Positions 36,254 to 46,335 of a stretch of DNA of 64,000 bases are shown here, piece after piece. This stretch comes from Thermoanaerobaculia bacterium. Its GTDB lineage: Bacteria; Acidobacteriota; Thermoanaerobaculia; Multivoradales; Multivoraceae. The translations under genes were made by a program, and so were the position numbers. Each line of letters begins with the position of its first letter. The first letter of the stretch is position 1. The DNA lies in contig DATLFI010000265.1 of assembly GCA_035524895.1 (NCBI GenBank), forward strand, positions 1,026 to 65,025, given 5' to 3'. The notes beneath the pieces were generated by a model. That model was given only the letters and a program-made list of their open reading frames with translations. It was not told where the DNA came from and did not search any database.

Positions 36254-36613
36254 GTGACCGGCCGATCTGCTCCCCGCCCGCCCCGGCTCTCGCCGGCTTT
36301 GCTACACCTACTGCTGGCGCTCACCGATGGGCCGAAGCACGGCTACGCCTTGATGCTGGAGGCGCGCGAGCGGACCGGCGGCCGGGTGCGGCTCGGTCCG
36401 GGCTCGCTCTACTGGGCGCTCGACCGCCTCGCGGAGGCGGACCTCATCTCCGAGACGGTCGCGCCGCCGCCGTCGACGACCGACGAGTCGGCGGCTGGCG
36501 AGGAGCGGCGGCGCTACTGGCGACTCACCGACGCGGGGCGAGATCGTTTGCGGGAGGAAGCGGGCTCGCTCGCGGCGCTGGTCGACCTGGCGCGCGTCCG
36601 GGGCGTGCTGTGA
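36254..36613 (+). CDS. PadR-family transcriptional regulator
   Basis: The winged-helix motif is LLHLLLALTDGPKHGYALMLEARERTGGRVRLGPGSLYWALDRLAEADLI. Confidence 0.75.
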   Translation: MTGRSAPRPPRLSPALLHLLLALTDGPKHGYALMLEARERTGGRVRLGPGSLYWALDRLAEADLISETVAPPPSTTDESAAGEERRRYWRLTDAGRDRLREEAGSLAALVDLARVRGVL

Positions 36614-36652
36614 GGCCTCGGCGAGGTGTGACGCGATCCGGTCGATGACGGA

Positions 36653-39352
36653 GTGGCGGACACCGTGAACACGAACGACCCATCCTTCGATCGTGCGGAG
36701 CGTCTCTACGCCCGCCTGCTGCGACTGCTGCCAGCGGTGCTTCGCGAGCGCCATGGCGTGGAGATGAGATCGACTTTCCGGGCCCTCTCGCAAGAGCATC
36801 GCGGTGCCGCTGCGCGTGTCCAGCTCTGGCTCGGGATTCTGCTCGACCTCGCCTTGCTCGTGCCGCGAGCCTGGCTCCGCGAGGCGATGCCCGGTCCGGT
36901 CGGTCCGCGGCGGCGCGGCAGTGAGCGCCACCCTCGGGCGGCGGCGCTGGCCCGCGACCTCTTCACCGCGTTGCGCCAGATTTGCCGGCGTCCTGGTCTC
37001 GCCGCGGTGGCGGTCAGCACGCTCGCGCTGGGCCTGGCTGCGGCCACCACGATCTTCGGCTTCATCGACGGCGTGCTGCTCGAGCCCTTGCCGTACCGCG
37101 ACCCCGAGCGCCTGGTCGCGCTGTTCCAGGACGAGGGTCGCGACGACGGCCGGTACCCGGCGTCGCCCGCGGCCTTCCTCGCCTGGCGGGCGGAGGGTGA
37201 GGGCCTGCAGCAGCTCACCGCCGCGCGGCCGTTTGCTCCGGTGCTCGGCGGCGAGCAGGGTGCGCGCAGGGTCGAGGGTCTGCTCGCGACGCCGGAGCTG
37301 TTCGAGCTGCTCGGCGTGTCGCCGCTGCTCGGCACGACCTTCTCCGCCACCGCGGAGCAGGTTGCGGCCGGCGAGAAGGTGGTGGTGCTCGGCTGGGCTT
37401 TGTGGCAGCGCGAGCTGGGCGGCCGCGCGGACATCGTGAGCGAGACGCTACGACTCGACGGCGAGCCGTACCGGGTGCTCGGCGTCATGCCGAAGGGCTT
37501 CCGTTTCCCGCCGTTCTGGGCCACCGGTGCCGAGCTGTGGGCGCCGCTGGTGTTCGAGCCGCGCGATGCCGAGTGGGGCGCTCGGTTCCTGCGAGTGTTC
37601 GGGAGGCTCGGGCCGGATGCCACCGTCGAAGCAGCGCAGGCGTCGTACAAGGCACTCGGCGACACGCTCGCCGCCGCCCGGCCCGACCTTCACGCGGGCA
37701 CCACCATTCGGGTCGAGGCGTTGCGCGAGCCGGCGCTGAGCGAGATCCGGCCGGTGCTGTTGGGGCTCCTTGCGGCGGTTGGCCTGCTGCTGCTGCTGGT
37801 CTGCGCCAACGTCGTGGGGCTGCTGGTGTGCCGCGGCATCGAGCGCGGTGGTGAGCTGGCGGTGCGCGCGGCGCTCGGCGCGTCGCGCCAAAGACTGGTC
37901 GCGCAGTTCCTGGTCGAGGCCGTCGTTCTCTGCGGTCTCGGCGGGATGCTCGGAGTCTCCCTGGCGGCCTTCGCGCTGCCGCTGGTCGCCGGGCTGTTCT
38001 CGTCGTCGCTGCCGGTGACCGCCGTGATCGGGATCGACGGCCGCACAGTCGTGCTCGGGCTGCTGCTGGCGCTCGCCTGCGCGCCGCCGTTCGCTTTGGC
38101 CGCGGTGTTCGGCGCGCCGGAAGGCCGGCTCGCCGCGACCCTACGCGGTGGTCGCGCCGTCGGTCTGCCGCGTCGCGCGCTGCGTTCCGCGCTGGTCACG
38201 CTGCAGGTGGCCTTGGCGGTCGCGTTGCTGGCGGGTGCGGGGCTGCTGGTGCGCACCGTGCGCGAGCTGCTGCACCACGATCCAGGCTACCGAGTCGAGC
38301 GCGTAGTCGCGCTCGACCTCGCGCTGTCGGGGTCGAGCCATCGGCCGCCGGAGAAACGCGCGGAGCTCCTCGACCCGTTGCTCGAGCAGGCGCGGGCCTT
38401 GCCGGGGGTCGAGGCCGTCGGGATCGTCTACCACCTGCCGGTGGGCGGCGACCTGTGGCAGGTGCCGTTCCGCGCGGCCGAAGCCCCGCCGCCGAAGTCG
38501 GGCGAGGAGGAACCCGCGGCGATGCGCATTGCCGATTCCGGCTACGCCGAGGCGATCGGGATGCGGTTGTTGCGCGGCCGCTGGCTGGAGCCCACCGACG
38601 TCGCTGGAGCGCCGCCGGTGGTCGCCGTCAACGAGACACTCGCGCGCGCCACCTGGCCGGGTGCCGACGCCGTGGGTCGACAGCTCCAGGTCGCGGACTG
38701 GCCTGCCCTGTCCGTGGTGGGGGTCTACGCCGACACCGACCAGGGGAGCCTGGCGTCGACGATCCGTCCCGAGCTCTACTTCCCGCTCGCCCAGGATCCG
38801 ACGCCTTGGAACGACCAGATGACGCTCGTGCTCCGTGGCCCCGAGACTGCGACGCCGGCGGCCGCCGCGGTGCGGGCGCTGCTGACGCGGCTCGACCCGG
38901 ACGCCGCTCTGCACTCGCCGCGGACCCTCGTGCAGGTCCACGCCGAGCAGATCAGCCGGCAGCGCGCGAGCTCGTGGCTGCTCGCGTCCTTCGGCTCGGC
39001 GGCGCTGGTGCTGTGCGCGATCGGCCTCTTCGGGTTACTGGCGGAGCTCCAGGCTCGGCGGCGCGCCGAGATCGGGCTGCGACTGGCGCTCGGCGCCGGT
39101 CGCGGCCGCATCCTCGCGCTGGTGACGCGCGACGCGCTGCGCGTCGCGGTGCCGGGCATCGTCGCGGGGCTCGCAGGTTCGGTGCTGCTGGGTCGCGCGC
39201 TCGAGAGCCAGCTCTACGGCGTCGAGCCGGTCGACGGCCCGACCATCGCGGTGATCGCGCTGCTCGCGCTGGCCACCGTGATGGTCGCGGTCGCGGTGCC
39301 GGCGCGGCGCGCCGCGGCCGTCGATCCGGCGAGCTCGCTGCGCGGCGAGTAG
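36653..39352 (+). CDS. ADOP-family duplicated FtsX/MacB-type ABC-transporter permease (no cognate ATPase gene adjacent)
   Basis: Length ~900 aa. The ADOP-type N-terminal prefix is ERLYARLLRLLPAVLRERHGVEM. Two FtsX-like 4-TM modules are each preceded by a large periplasmic domain. It directly follows PadR, the canonical pairing. Confidence 0.75.
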   Translation: MADTVNTNDPSFDRAERLYARLLRLLPAVLRERHGVEMRSTFRALSQEHRGAAARVQLWLGILLDLALLVPRAWLREAMPGPVGPRRRGSERHPRAAALARDLFTALRQICRRPGLAAVAVSTLALGLAAATTIFGFIDGVLLEPLPYRDPERLVALFQDEGRDDGRYPASPAAFLAWRAEGEGLQQLTAARPFAPVLGGEQGARRVEGLLATPELFELLGVSPLLGTTFSATAEQVAAGEKVVVLGWALWQRELGGRADIVSETLRLDGEPYRVLGVMPKGFRFPPFWATGAELWAPLVFEPRDAEWGARFLRVFGRLGPDATVEAAQASYKALGDTLAAARPDLHAGTTIRVEALREPALSEIRPVLLGLLAAVGLLLLLVCANVVGLLVCRGIERGGELAVRAALGASRQRLVAQFLVEAVVLCGLGGMLGVSLAAFALPLVAGLFSSSLPVTAVIGIDGRTVVLGLLLALACAPPFALAAVFGAPEGRLAATLRGGRAVGLPRRALRSALVTLQVALAVALLAGAGLLVRTVRELLHHDPGYRVERVVALDLALSGSSHRPPEKRAELLDPLLEQARALPGVEAVGIVYHLPVGGDLWQVPFRAAEAPPPKSGEEEPAAMRIADSGYAEAIGMRLLRGRWLEPTDVAGAPPVVAVNETLARATWPGADAVGRQLQVADWPALSVVGVYADTDQGSLASTIRPELYFPLAQDPTPWNDQMTLVLRGPETATPAAAAVRALLTRLDPDAALHSPRTLVQVHAEQISRQRASSWLLASFGSAALVLCAIGLFGLLAELQARRRAEIGLRLALGAGRGRILALVTRDALRVAVPGIVAGLAGSVLLGRALESQLYGVEPVDGPTIAVIALLALATVMVAVAVPARRAAAVDPASSLRGE

Positions 39353-39505
39353 TGTTGCGCGCGGTGCAGGTCCGGTGCAGGTCGAGGACCTGACCGCGGG
39401 GGCTGCGCGAAGGCGATGATTGCTCTCGAGGATGACACGGACGCCTGGACCGATTCGCACCGCGATCTCACGACTCCACTCGAGGACGCTAGAGAGGTGA
39501 TCCGA

Positions 39506-40999
39506 GTGGCAGGTCGTCGTCCGCTGTTGCCCTGGTTAGGCGTCGCGACGGCGGTGGCGGGAGCGTGCCTGGTGGTCTCCTGCGGCGGCGATGCGGCGCT
39601 CGCTCGCTTTCCGCCCTGGCTCGAACGCTGCGCTCCGCCCCAGGGTGTCGCCGGGCCAATGCTCTGTGGCAGCTATTCGGTCCCGGAGGATCGCTCCGCA
39701 CCATCCGGGCGACGCCTCGACCTTCGGGTCGTGGTGCTCCCCGCGACCGGCGACCGCCTGCCTGAGCCAGTCTGGTTCCTCGACGGCGGTCCGGGGGCCG
39801 CGGCCACCGAGGCGGTGGCGGACATCGCGACGGTGCTCGCGCCGTTGCGGGCGCGACGCGACTTGGTGTTCGTCGATCAGCGCGGGACCGGGAGAAGCGG
39901 TTCGCTCGACTGCGCCGAGCCTTCGCTCGACGGTCCGTTGCAATCCTTCTTCGAGGACTTCCTGCCCGTCGAGCGGGTGCGCGAGTGTCGCGAGCGGCTC
40001 GAGCGCGTCGCCGACCTGCGGCTCTACACGACCCCGATCGCGATCGACGACTTCGAGGAGGTGCGCCGGGCGCTCGGCTACGAGCGAGTGATCCTCTTCG
40101 GCATCTCGTACGGCACCCGCGCGGCGCTGGTGTACCTGCGACGACACCCGGAGAGCGTGGTCGCTGCGGCCCTCAAGGGCGTGGCACCGGTCGACATGCG
40201 CAACCCGCTGCCGTTTTCCCGCGCGCTCGATCGCACCATCGGCGCGATCCTCGACGCCTGCGTCGCCGACCGCGCCTGTCGAGCCGCCCACCCCGATCCC
40301 CACGACGATTGGGCGACAGTGCGCGCCGCGTTCGGCGGCGGTACGGTCGAAGCGCTGGTCACCCACCCTCGCACCGGCGAGCAGGAGCGCGTCCGGCTCT
40401 CGCGCGGCGTCTTTGCCGACGGGCTGCGGCACCTGCTCTACCAGGTAGCGGGCGCTGCCGAGCTGCCCGCCCTGCTGCGTGCCGCGGCCGGCGACGACTT
40501 CTCTCCCTTCGCCGAACGCGAGCTCGCCCAGCGTGCCGGCCTCGACTTCCTGCTGGCGGACGGCGTCTTCCTGACGGTGACCTGCAGCGAGGACCTGCGC
40601 TTCGTCACCGAGGCGGACATCGAGCGAGAGACGGCCGACACCTTCCTCGCCGACTACCGGGTCCGTCGCCAGCTCGCCGCGTGTGCCGTGTGGCCGCCGG
40701 GAGACGTCATCGGAGAGCCACTTCTCGAGCCGGTGCGCGCGGACGTGCCCGTGCTCTTGCTCTCCGGAGAGCTCGATCCCGCGACCCCGCCAGACGGTGC
40801 CGAGCGGACGGCACGAGAGCTGCCGCGATCGCGGCACCTGGTGATGCCGAGCTCGTCCCACGGATTCTCGCCGGGCGGCTGCGAGAGACGGTTGTTGGTC
40901 GAGTTCCTCGAGACCGGGTCGTTGGAAGGGCTCGACCTTTCCTGTATCGAACGAGCTCGGCTGCCCCGGTTCGAGACTGGCAACGCCCGGCGGCGATAG
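39506..40999 (+). CDS. Lipoprotein alpha/beta-hydrolase (peptidase S33 / tripeptidyl-aminopeptidase-like)
   Basis: GTG 39506 is preceded by GAGAGG. Lipobox LVVSCGG. The nucleophile is GISYGTRAAL, and the C-terminal His region is PSSSHGF. An upstream ATG at 39416 would add a 30-aa acidic leader. Confidence 0.6.
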   Translation: MAGRRPLLPWLGVATAVAGACLVVSCGGDAALARFPPWLERCAPPQGVAGPMLCGSYSVPEDRSAPSGRRLDLRVVVLPATGDRLPEPVWFLDGGPGAAATEAVADIATVLAPLRARRDLVFVDQRGTGRSGSLDCAEPSLDGPLQSFFEDFLPVERVRECRERLERVADLRLYTTPIAIDDFEEVRRALGYERVILFGISYGTRAALVYLRRHPESVVAAALKGVAPVDMRNPLPFSRALDRTIGAILDACVADRACRAAHPDPHDDWATVRAAFGGGTVEALVTHPRTGEQERVRLSRGVFADGLRHLLYQVAGAAELPALLRAAAGDDFSPFAERELAQRAGLDFLLADGVFLTVTCSEDLRFVTEADIERETADTFLADYRVRRQLAACAVWPPGDVIGEPLLEPVRADVPVLLLSGELDPATPPDGAERTARELPRSRHLVMPSSSHGFSPGGCERRLLVEFLETGSLEGLDLSCIERARLPRFETGNARRR

Positions 41000-41073
41000 C
41001 ATGCTGATGCCTCCGCGGGAGCTCGAGTGTCGAGCCGGTCGCTACCGCAGACTGCCCGCCGCCGCCCCGAGCC

Positions 41074-42087
41074 ATGTCGTTGCACGTCCACTCCCACGCT
41101 CCCGTCCATGTCCACGACGGCGCCGACCGCGCCGATGCGGCGCCGCGCACCAGCCTGGGCAACGCGCGGCGGCTCGGCTTCGTGTTCGTGCTGGTCGCGG
41201 TCTACACGGTGGCCGAGGTCCTCGGGGGTATCTACACCGGCTCGCTGGCGCTCCTCGCAGACGCCGGCCACATGCTCTCCGACGTCGCGGCGCTCGGCAT
41301 CGCGTTGACGGCGATCTGGCTGGCGCGCCGGCCTGCGACGCAAAAGCGGACGTTCGGTCTCTACCGCGCCGAGGTGCTGGGCGCGCTGATCAACGGCGTG
41401 GCGCTCGTGATCATCGCGGTATTCATCTTCGTCGAGGCGCTCGAGCGGTTCCGCGAGCCGCCCGCGGTGCTCGGCGGTCCGATGATGTTGATCGCCCTGG
41501 GCGGCCTCTTGGTCAACGTCACGGGGCTGCTGGTCCTGCGCGACGGGCACCGCCACAGCCTCAACGTCCACGGTGCCTGGCTTCACATGGTCGCCGACAC
41601 CCTCGGCAGCGTCGGCACGATGGTCTCGGCTTTCTTCATCTGGCGTTTCGGTCTGCTCTGGTTCGACCCCGCGGCCTCGGTGCTCATCGCCTGCCTGGTG
41701 CTGTGGTCCTCCCTCTCGCTCATCCGCGAGACGATCGAGGTGCTGATGGAGGCGGCCCCGGCACGCCTGGACCTGGCGGCGGTGGCCGACTCGATCGCCG
41801 CCGACGGGGGCGTGCAGTCGGTGCACGACCTCCACGCGTGGACTATCGGTACCGGCAAGGAGGCGCTCACCGCGCACGTCGTCGCGACCGAGGGCCACGG
41901 CCGCGACGAGGTGCTGGCTCGTCTGTGCTCGATGCTGCGCGACCGCTTTGGCCTCACGCACGTCACGCTCCAGGTCGAGCGCGAGGATGGGCATCGGTGC
42001 GACTGCGAGTGCCCGTTCGAGGGTGCTGCGAAGCAGGACGACGCGTCGAGTCGATCGGCCCCGCAGGTGGGGCTGGGGAGGAGGTAG
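41074..42087 (+). CDS. Cation diffusion facilitator (CzcD/ZitB-like) metal efflux transporter with His/Cys-rich termini
   Basis: N-terminal HVHSHAPVHVHDG. TM signature GSLALLADAGHMLSDV. C-terminal RCDCECPFEG. Confidence 0.8.
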   Translation: MSLHVHSHAPVHVHDGADRADAAPRTSLGNARRLGFVFVLVAVYTVAEVLGGIYTGSLALLADAGHMLSDVAALGIALTAIWLARRPATQKRTFGLYRAEVLGALINGVALVIIAVFIFVEALERFREPPAVLGGPMMLIALGGLLVNVTGLLVLRDGHRHSLNVHGAWLHMVADTLGSVGTMVSAFFIWRFGLLWFDPAASVLIACLVLWSSLSLIRETIEVLMEAAPARLDLAAVADSIAADGGVQSVHDLHAWTIGTGKEALTAHVVATEGHGRDEVLARLCSMLRDRFGLTHVTLQVEREDGHRCDCECPFEGAAKQDDASSRSAPQVGLGRR

Positions 42088-42091
42088 GCGC

Positions 42092-44170
42092 GTGGTGGCG
42101 AGCCCAGTCCGCGACCGGTGCCGCTCTCGGGCGGCGGTCGCTCTTCTGCTCTTAGCGGCCGCGTCGTGGGCGCCGACGCGAGTCTTTGGGCAGGGCGGCT
42201 CCGATCCCACGACGGTACCGGCGGACACCGACTGGCCGAGCTTCGGCAACGATCCCCACAACTCCAAGTACGCGCCGCTCGACCAGATCGACCGCACCAA
42301 TTTCGGTCGTCTCGAGATCGCCTGGCGCTGGCAGTCGCCGGCGCAGGAGGTGGCGAAGGCGAACAGGGCTGCCAAGCCGTCGCAGTTCAAGGCGATCCCG
42401 CTCAAAGTCGGCGACCGGCTCTACGTCGCGACCGAGATCGCCCAGGTCGTCGCGCTCGACCCGGGTACCGGCGCCCAGGTGTGGCTGCACGACCCGGAGA
42501 GCTGGCGCGGCGGACGGCCCGCCAACGTCGGCTTCCAGCACCGCGGCGCGGCGTACTGGTCCGGCGGTGGCAACCTCAAGCAGGCGCGCGTGTTCATCGC
42601 CACCCACGACCGCCGGCTGATCGCGGTCGACCCGCACACCGGCGAGCCGGTCGGCGGCTTCGGCGTCGACGGCGCGGTCGACCTGCTGCCCGACCGTGGT
42701 GCGACGCATTTTGGCCGCCGCGTGAACCCGCGGCTGCTGACGCACTCGTCGCCGCCGGCCGTGGTGGGAGACGTTGTGGTCGTCGGCTCGATCGTGCACG
42801 ACGGCGCGGTGCGTCGCGAGGCGCCGCCGGGTCACGTGCGCGCCTTCGACGTACGCACCGGCGAGCTGCGTTGGACGTTCCACACCATCGCTCAAGAAGG
42901 GGAGCCGGGTGTCGAGACCTGGGAAGGCGAGTCGTGGCGCTACACCGGCAACACCAACGTGTGGTCGATGATGGCGGTGGACCCCGTGCTCGGCACGGTG
43001 TACCTGCCGGTGTCGACGCCGACCAACGACTTCTACGGCGGGCACCGGCTGGGCGACAACCTCTTCGCCGAGAGCATCGTCTGCCTCGAGGCGGCGACCG
43101 GCAAGCGGCTCTGGCACTTCCAGGCGGTGCACCATGGGCTCTGGGACTACGATCTGCCGACCGCACCCAACCTGGTCGACATCACCGTGGACGGTCGGCA
43201 CATCCGCGCGCTCGCGCAGGTCAGCAAGCAGGGCTTCACCTACGTGCTCGACCGCGTCACCGGCGAGCCGGTGTGGCCGATCGAGGAGCGTCCGGTGCCG
43301 CCGTCCGACGTGCCGGGCGAGCGCGCGTCGCCCACGCAGCCGTTCCCGACCAAGCCGCCGCCGTTCGAGCGCCAGGGCATGACCGAGGACCAGCTCCTCG
43401 ACCTCACGCCCGAGCTCTACGGCGAGGCGCGCGAGATCCTCGCTCGCTTCCGCAGCGGCCCGCTCTACACGCCGCCGTCACTCGGATCGGGCACCATCCA
43501 GCTCCCGGGCGCCGGCGGCGGCGCCAACTGGCCAGGCGCCGCGCTGGATCCCGAGACCAACACGCTCTTCGTTCCGTCGTCGACGTCGCCGTCGGTGCAC
43601 CCGCTGAGCCAGCCCGACCCGGCGCGCTCCGACCTGGCGTACGTAGGCAGCTTCCTCGCGGGCGCGACCGGGCCGCGGGGGTTGCCGCTGGTGAAGCCGC
43701 CGTGGGGCAGGGTGACCGCGATCGACCTCGACCGCGGCGAGCACCTGTGGATGACGCCGAACGGCTGGGGACCGCGCGAGCACCCGGTGCTCGCTGGGCT
43801 CGAGCTCGACATGCTCGGCGGTGGCAGCGGTGCGCCCCTGGTGACCAGGACCCTGCTCTTCGTGACGCAGGAGCGTGGGCTCGGCGACGACGACACGCCG
43901 CGCCTGAACGTCTTCGACAAGGCGAACGGCGCGCTACTGGGTCACGTGCCGCTGCCGGAGAGCCCGTACGGCAACCCGGTCACCTACATGCACCGCGGCC
44001 GGCAGTACATCGTCGTTGCCATCGGCGGCGGTCCGTTCTTCGGGGGCTTCAGCGAGGACGCTGCCGAGATCGACCCGGACCTCGCTCGGCTGCTGCAGAG
44101 GATGCCGGACAGTGGCACCACGCCAGAGCTGGTCGCGCTGGCCCTTCCGGAGACCGAGCCTCCAAGATGA
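42092..44170 (+). CDS. Secreted PQQ-dependent dehydrogenase (quinoprotein glucose/quinate-type propeller)
   Basis: GTG start follows GGAGGAGG. Signal peptide RSRAAVALLLLAAASWAPTRVFG. Motifs: DWPSFGNDPHNSKYAPLDQI, multiple W-containing propeller blades, and VVGSIVHDG. The stop overlaps the next gene as ATGA. Confidence 0.7.
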   Translation: MVASPVRDRCRSRAAVALLLLAAASWAPTRVFGQGGSDPTTVPADTDWPSFGNDPHNSKYAPLDQIDRTNFGRLEIAWRWQSPAQEVAKANRAAKPSQFKAIPLKVGDRLYVATEIAQVVALDPGTGAQVWLHDPESWRGGRPANVGFQHRGAAYWSGGGNLKQARVFIATHDRRLIAVDPHTGEPVGGFGVDGAVDLLPDRGATHFGRRVNPRLLTHSSPPAVVGDVVVVGSIVHDGAVRREAPPGHVRAFDVRTGELRWTFHTIAQEGEPGVETWEGESWRYTGNTNVWSMMAVDPVLGTVYLPVSTPTNDFYGGHRLGDNLFAESIVCLEAATGKRLWHFQAVHHGLWDYDLPTAPNLVDITVDGRHIRALAQVSKQGFTYVLDRVTGEPVWPIEERPVPPSDVPGERASPTQPFPTKPPPFERQGMTEDQLLDLTPELYGEAREILARFRSGPLYTPPSLGSGTIQLPGAGGGANWPGAALDPETNTLFVPSSTSPSVHPLSQPDPARSDLAYVGSFLAGATGPRGLPLVKPPWGRVTAIDLDRGEHLWMTPNGWGPREHPVLAGLELDMLGGGSGAPLVTRTLLFVTQERGLGDDDTPRLNVFDKANGALLGHVPLPESPYGNPVTYMHRGRQYIVVAIGGGPFFGGFSEDAAEIDPDLARLLQRMPDSGTTPELVALALPETEPPR

Positions 44171-46161
44171 GCTCTCCCGCCGCGCGCGTCGGACCCCCAA
44201 AGGCGACTCGACGGCGGCGCATCCTCCTGCTCGCGGTCGGGACCGTCGTGGCACTCGAGCTGCTCTACCTGGTCGCGGCGCAGGTCTTTCTCTGGAGCCC
44301 ATGGGGCCCCCATCGGATCAACCGTCGTCCCGAGAGGCTCCTGGTGTCGTGGGAGTCCGCTGTCTCGCCGCTGCCCGGCCTCGTCCGCCTTCGCGACGCC
44401 GAGATCCGTGGCCAGAATCGCAAGAGCCAGTGGCTCGTGCGAGTGGATTCTGCGTGGGTCTGGGTCGATCTGGTCCAGCTGCCGAGGCGCGTGTTCCATA
44501 CCTGGTCGCTGCGCGCGCACGGCGCTGAGTTCTGGCTGCGCGAGAACAGCTTCGATCCCGACGCCGAGCCTTCGGAATCGGAGGCCTTCCCGCCCATCCC
44601 GGGTCTCGAGCTGCCGACCACCACGCCACTCGAGCGCCTGGTTCCGAGGCATCCCAACCGACGTCCCTGGCGCCTGAGCTTCGGCGGCCTGAGGGTGCGC
44701 GAGCTCCGCGACCTCTGGCTCGGTCGCTATCGGCTGTGCGCTGCGAGCGCGGTCGACGGCCGGCTCGACTTCGCCATCCGCGGAGAGCTCGAGAGTCGGG
44801 GCATCCGGCTGCGCATCGAAGAGGGCACGCTCCTGGACGGAAGAGAGACTCCGGTTGCCACCGGCCTGTTCGTCGATGCACGGCTGCGGGTCGATCCCTT
44901 CGATCCTGGCGACACACCGCCTGCGGAGATCTTCGAGAGGCTCGACGGCTCGGTCGGCGTGCGGGCTCACATCGGGAGCCTGGGCTTCCTCGATCCGTTC
45001 CTCCCGCGAACCGAGTGGCTCGATCTCGAGGCCGAGGGCGGCCTCCAAGCCCAGCTCGAGCTCGAGCGCGGCCAGATCCAACCGGGCACGGCTTTCCGCG
45101 TCGAGGCTCGACCCCTGGTCGCGACCGTGGCGGGTCATCGCGTGCAGGGGACCGGGCTCGTCGACGGTGAGCTCGGAGCCGCAGCCGCACCGGGCGGAGT
45201 CTCGGCCGGAGCCTCGGCCGGAGCCTCGGCGGGGGCCTCGGCCGGAGCCTCGGCGGGTCGTGTCGACCTGCGGTTCGAGGACTTCACGGTGCACACACCG
45301 AGCGGTCGCGAGCTGGCACGCGGCGACGGCTTCGCGATCGCGCTGCTCACGGATCAGCTCGCCATCGGCAAGCCCACCGACGTGCGCGCGACGATCGACC
45401 TCCCCAGCTCGGAGGTACGCGACCTGGGCGCGTTCGACGAGTACCTCCCGGCTCCGGCCGGCCTCGACCTGAAGAGCGGCAGCGGCAGGCTCGGGCTGCA
45501 CCTCGAGGTGGACCATGCCTCCCGCTCGGGCCATGGGCGCATCGAGGCGAGCGTCGACGACGCCGTGGGCGAGTTCGGCGGCACCGGCTTCCGTGGCGAC
45601 CTCGTGCTGACGGCCGAGCTCGACGAGATCGACACCACCGCGCGCAGCCTCACGGTGGCGCCGGCGGTCCTGCGGCTGGACGAGGTCGCCCTCGATCCCG
45701 GGGGTGGCGATACCGACTGGACGCGCGTTGCGGGCGACTGGTGGGGTGAGCTGGAGCTGGCGCGCGGCCGCTTCGACTTCGCCGACGGCTGGCGCGCCCG
45801 CGGCGACATCGCGCTGCACCTCAAGGACAACCTGCCGGTGCTGGCGGTGTTCGTCGAGCGCAAGGCCTTCCTCGCGTGGTTCCACGGCTTGCTCGAGGCG
45901 CAGGACATCAGGGGGTCGGCGAAGATCGACGTCGCGAAACGGCACCTGCGGATCGAGGACCTCGCGATCGAGTCCGACCACATCCAGATCGCCGGCGACC
46001 TGTTGATGAGCGAGCCGAAGCGCAAGGAAGGCCTCCTCTTCGCGAAGTTCCGCGCGCTCTCCGTGGCTGTGGAGCTGTTCCCGGACGGTGAGCGCGACTG
46101 GAAGCTGACCCGCTCCCGGCGCTGGTTCGAAGCGCGGCGCGCCGAGCGGAAGGCGAGGTGA
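44167..46161 (+). CDS. N-terminally membrane-anchored hypothetical protein (AsmA/TamB-like?) containing a (SAGA)x5 low-complexity insert; translationally coupled to the PQQ dehydrogenase
   Basis: MSSPAARVGPPKATRRRRILLLAVGTVVALELLYLVAAQVFLW is an N-terminal TM helix. ~660 aa of non-junk sequence follows. The ATGA overlap is with the upstream gene. The 1347-aa track ORF 42118..46161 is the out-of-frame read-through of this frame. Confidence 0.4.
   Translation: MSSPAARVGPPKATRRRRILLLAVGTVVALELLYLVAAQVFLWSPWGPHRINRRPERLLVSWESAVSPLPGLVRLRDAEIRGQNRKSQWLVRVDSAWVWVDLVQLPRRVFHTWSLRAHGAEFWLRENSFDPDAEPSESEAFPPIPGLELPTTTPLERLVPRHPNRRPWRLSFGGLRVRELRDLWLGRYRLCAASAVDGRLDFAIRGELESRGIRLRIEEGTLLDGRETPVATGLFVDARLRVDPFDPGDTPPAEIFERLDGSVGVRAHIGSLGFLDPFLPRTEWLDLEAEGGLQAQLELERGQIQPGTAFRVEARPLVATVAGHRVQGTGLVDGELGAAAAPGGVSAGASAGASAGASAGASAGRVDLRFEDFTVHTPSGRELARGDGFAIALLTDQLAIGKPTDVRATIDLPSSEVRDLGAFDEYLPAPAGLDLKSGSGRLGLHLEVDHASRSGHGRIEASVDDAVGEFGGTGFRGDLVLTAELDEIDTTARSLTVAPAVLRLDEVALDPGGGDTDWTRVAGDWWGELELARGRFDFADGWRARGDIALHLKDNLPVLAVFVERKAFLAWFHGLLEAQDIRGSAKIDVAKRHLRIEDLAIESDHIQIAGDLLMSEPKRKEGLLFAKFRALSVAVELFPDGERDWKLTRSRRWFEARRAERKAR
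45198..45257 (+). repeat. 12-bp tandem repeat x5 (GCCTCGGCCGGA-like) encoding SAGASAGASAGASAGASAG
   Basis: It is in-frame inside the 44167-46161 gene. Confidence 0.8.
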
Positions 46162-46335
46162 TCGTCCCGGAGGGGGAGCGGCTCCTCTTCGCGTGACGAG
46201 CTTCTCGTCTTCGCCACCCCTGGCGGGACCCGCTTTCCAACGGCCTCGCGAGGGCTACGGCGGCGGCTCCGTCGCCGACCACGTTTCGACATCGCGCGTC
46301 ACGCCGCGTTCACGGCGTCCGCGGCGTCCAGCGTC

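Noticed and set aside
42118-46161. 1347-aa ORF spanning PQQ dehydrogenase and the downstream gene
   Set aside because: Its first ~680 codons are the +2-frame junk reading of the PQQ-DH gene. Only the part from ATG 44167 (ATGA overlap with the PQQ-DH stop) is a real protein.
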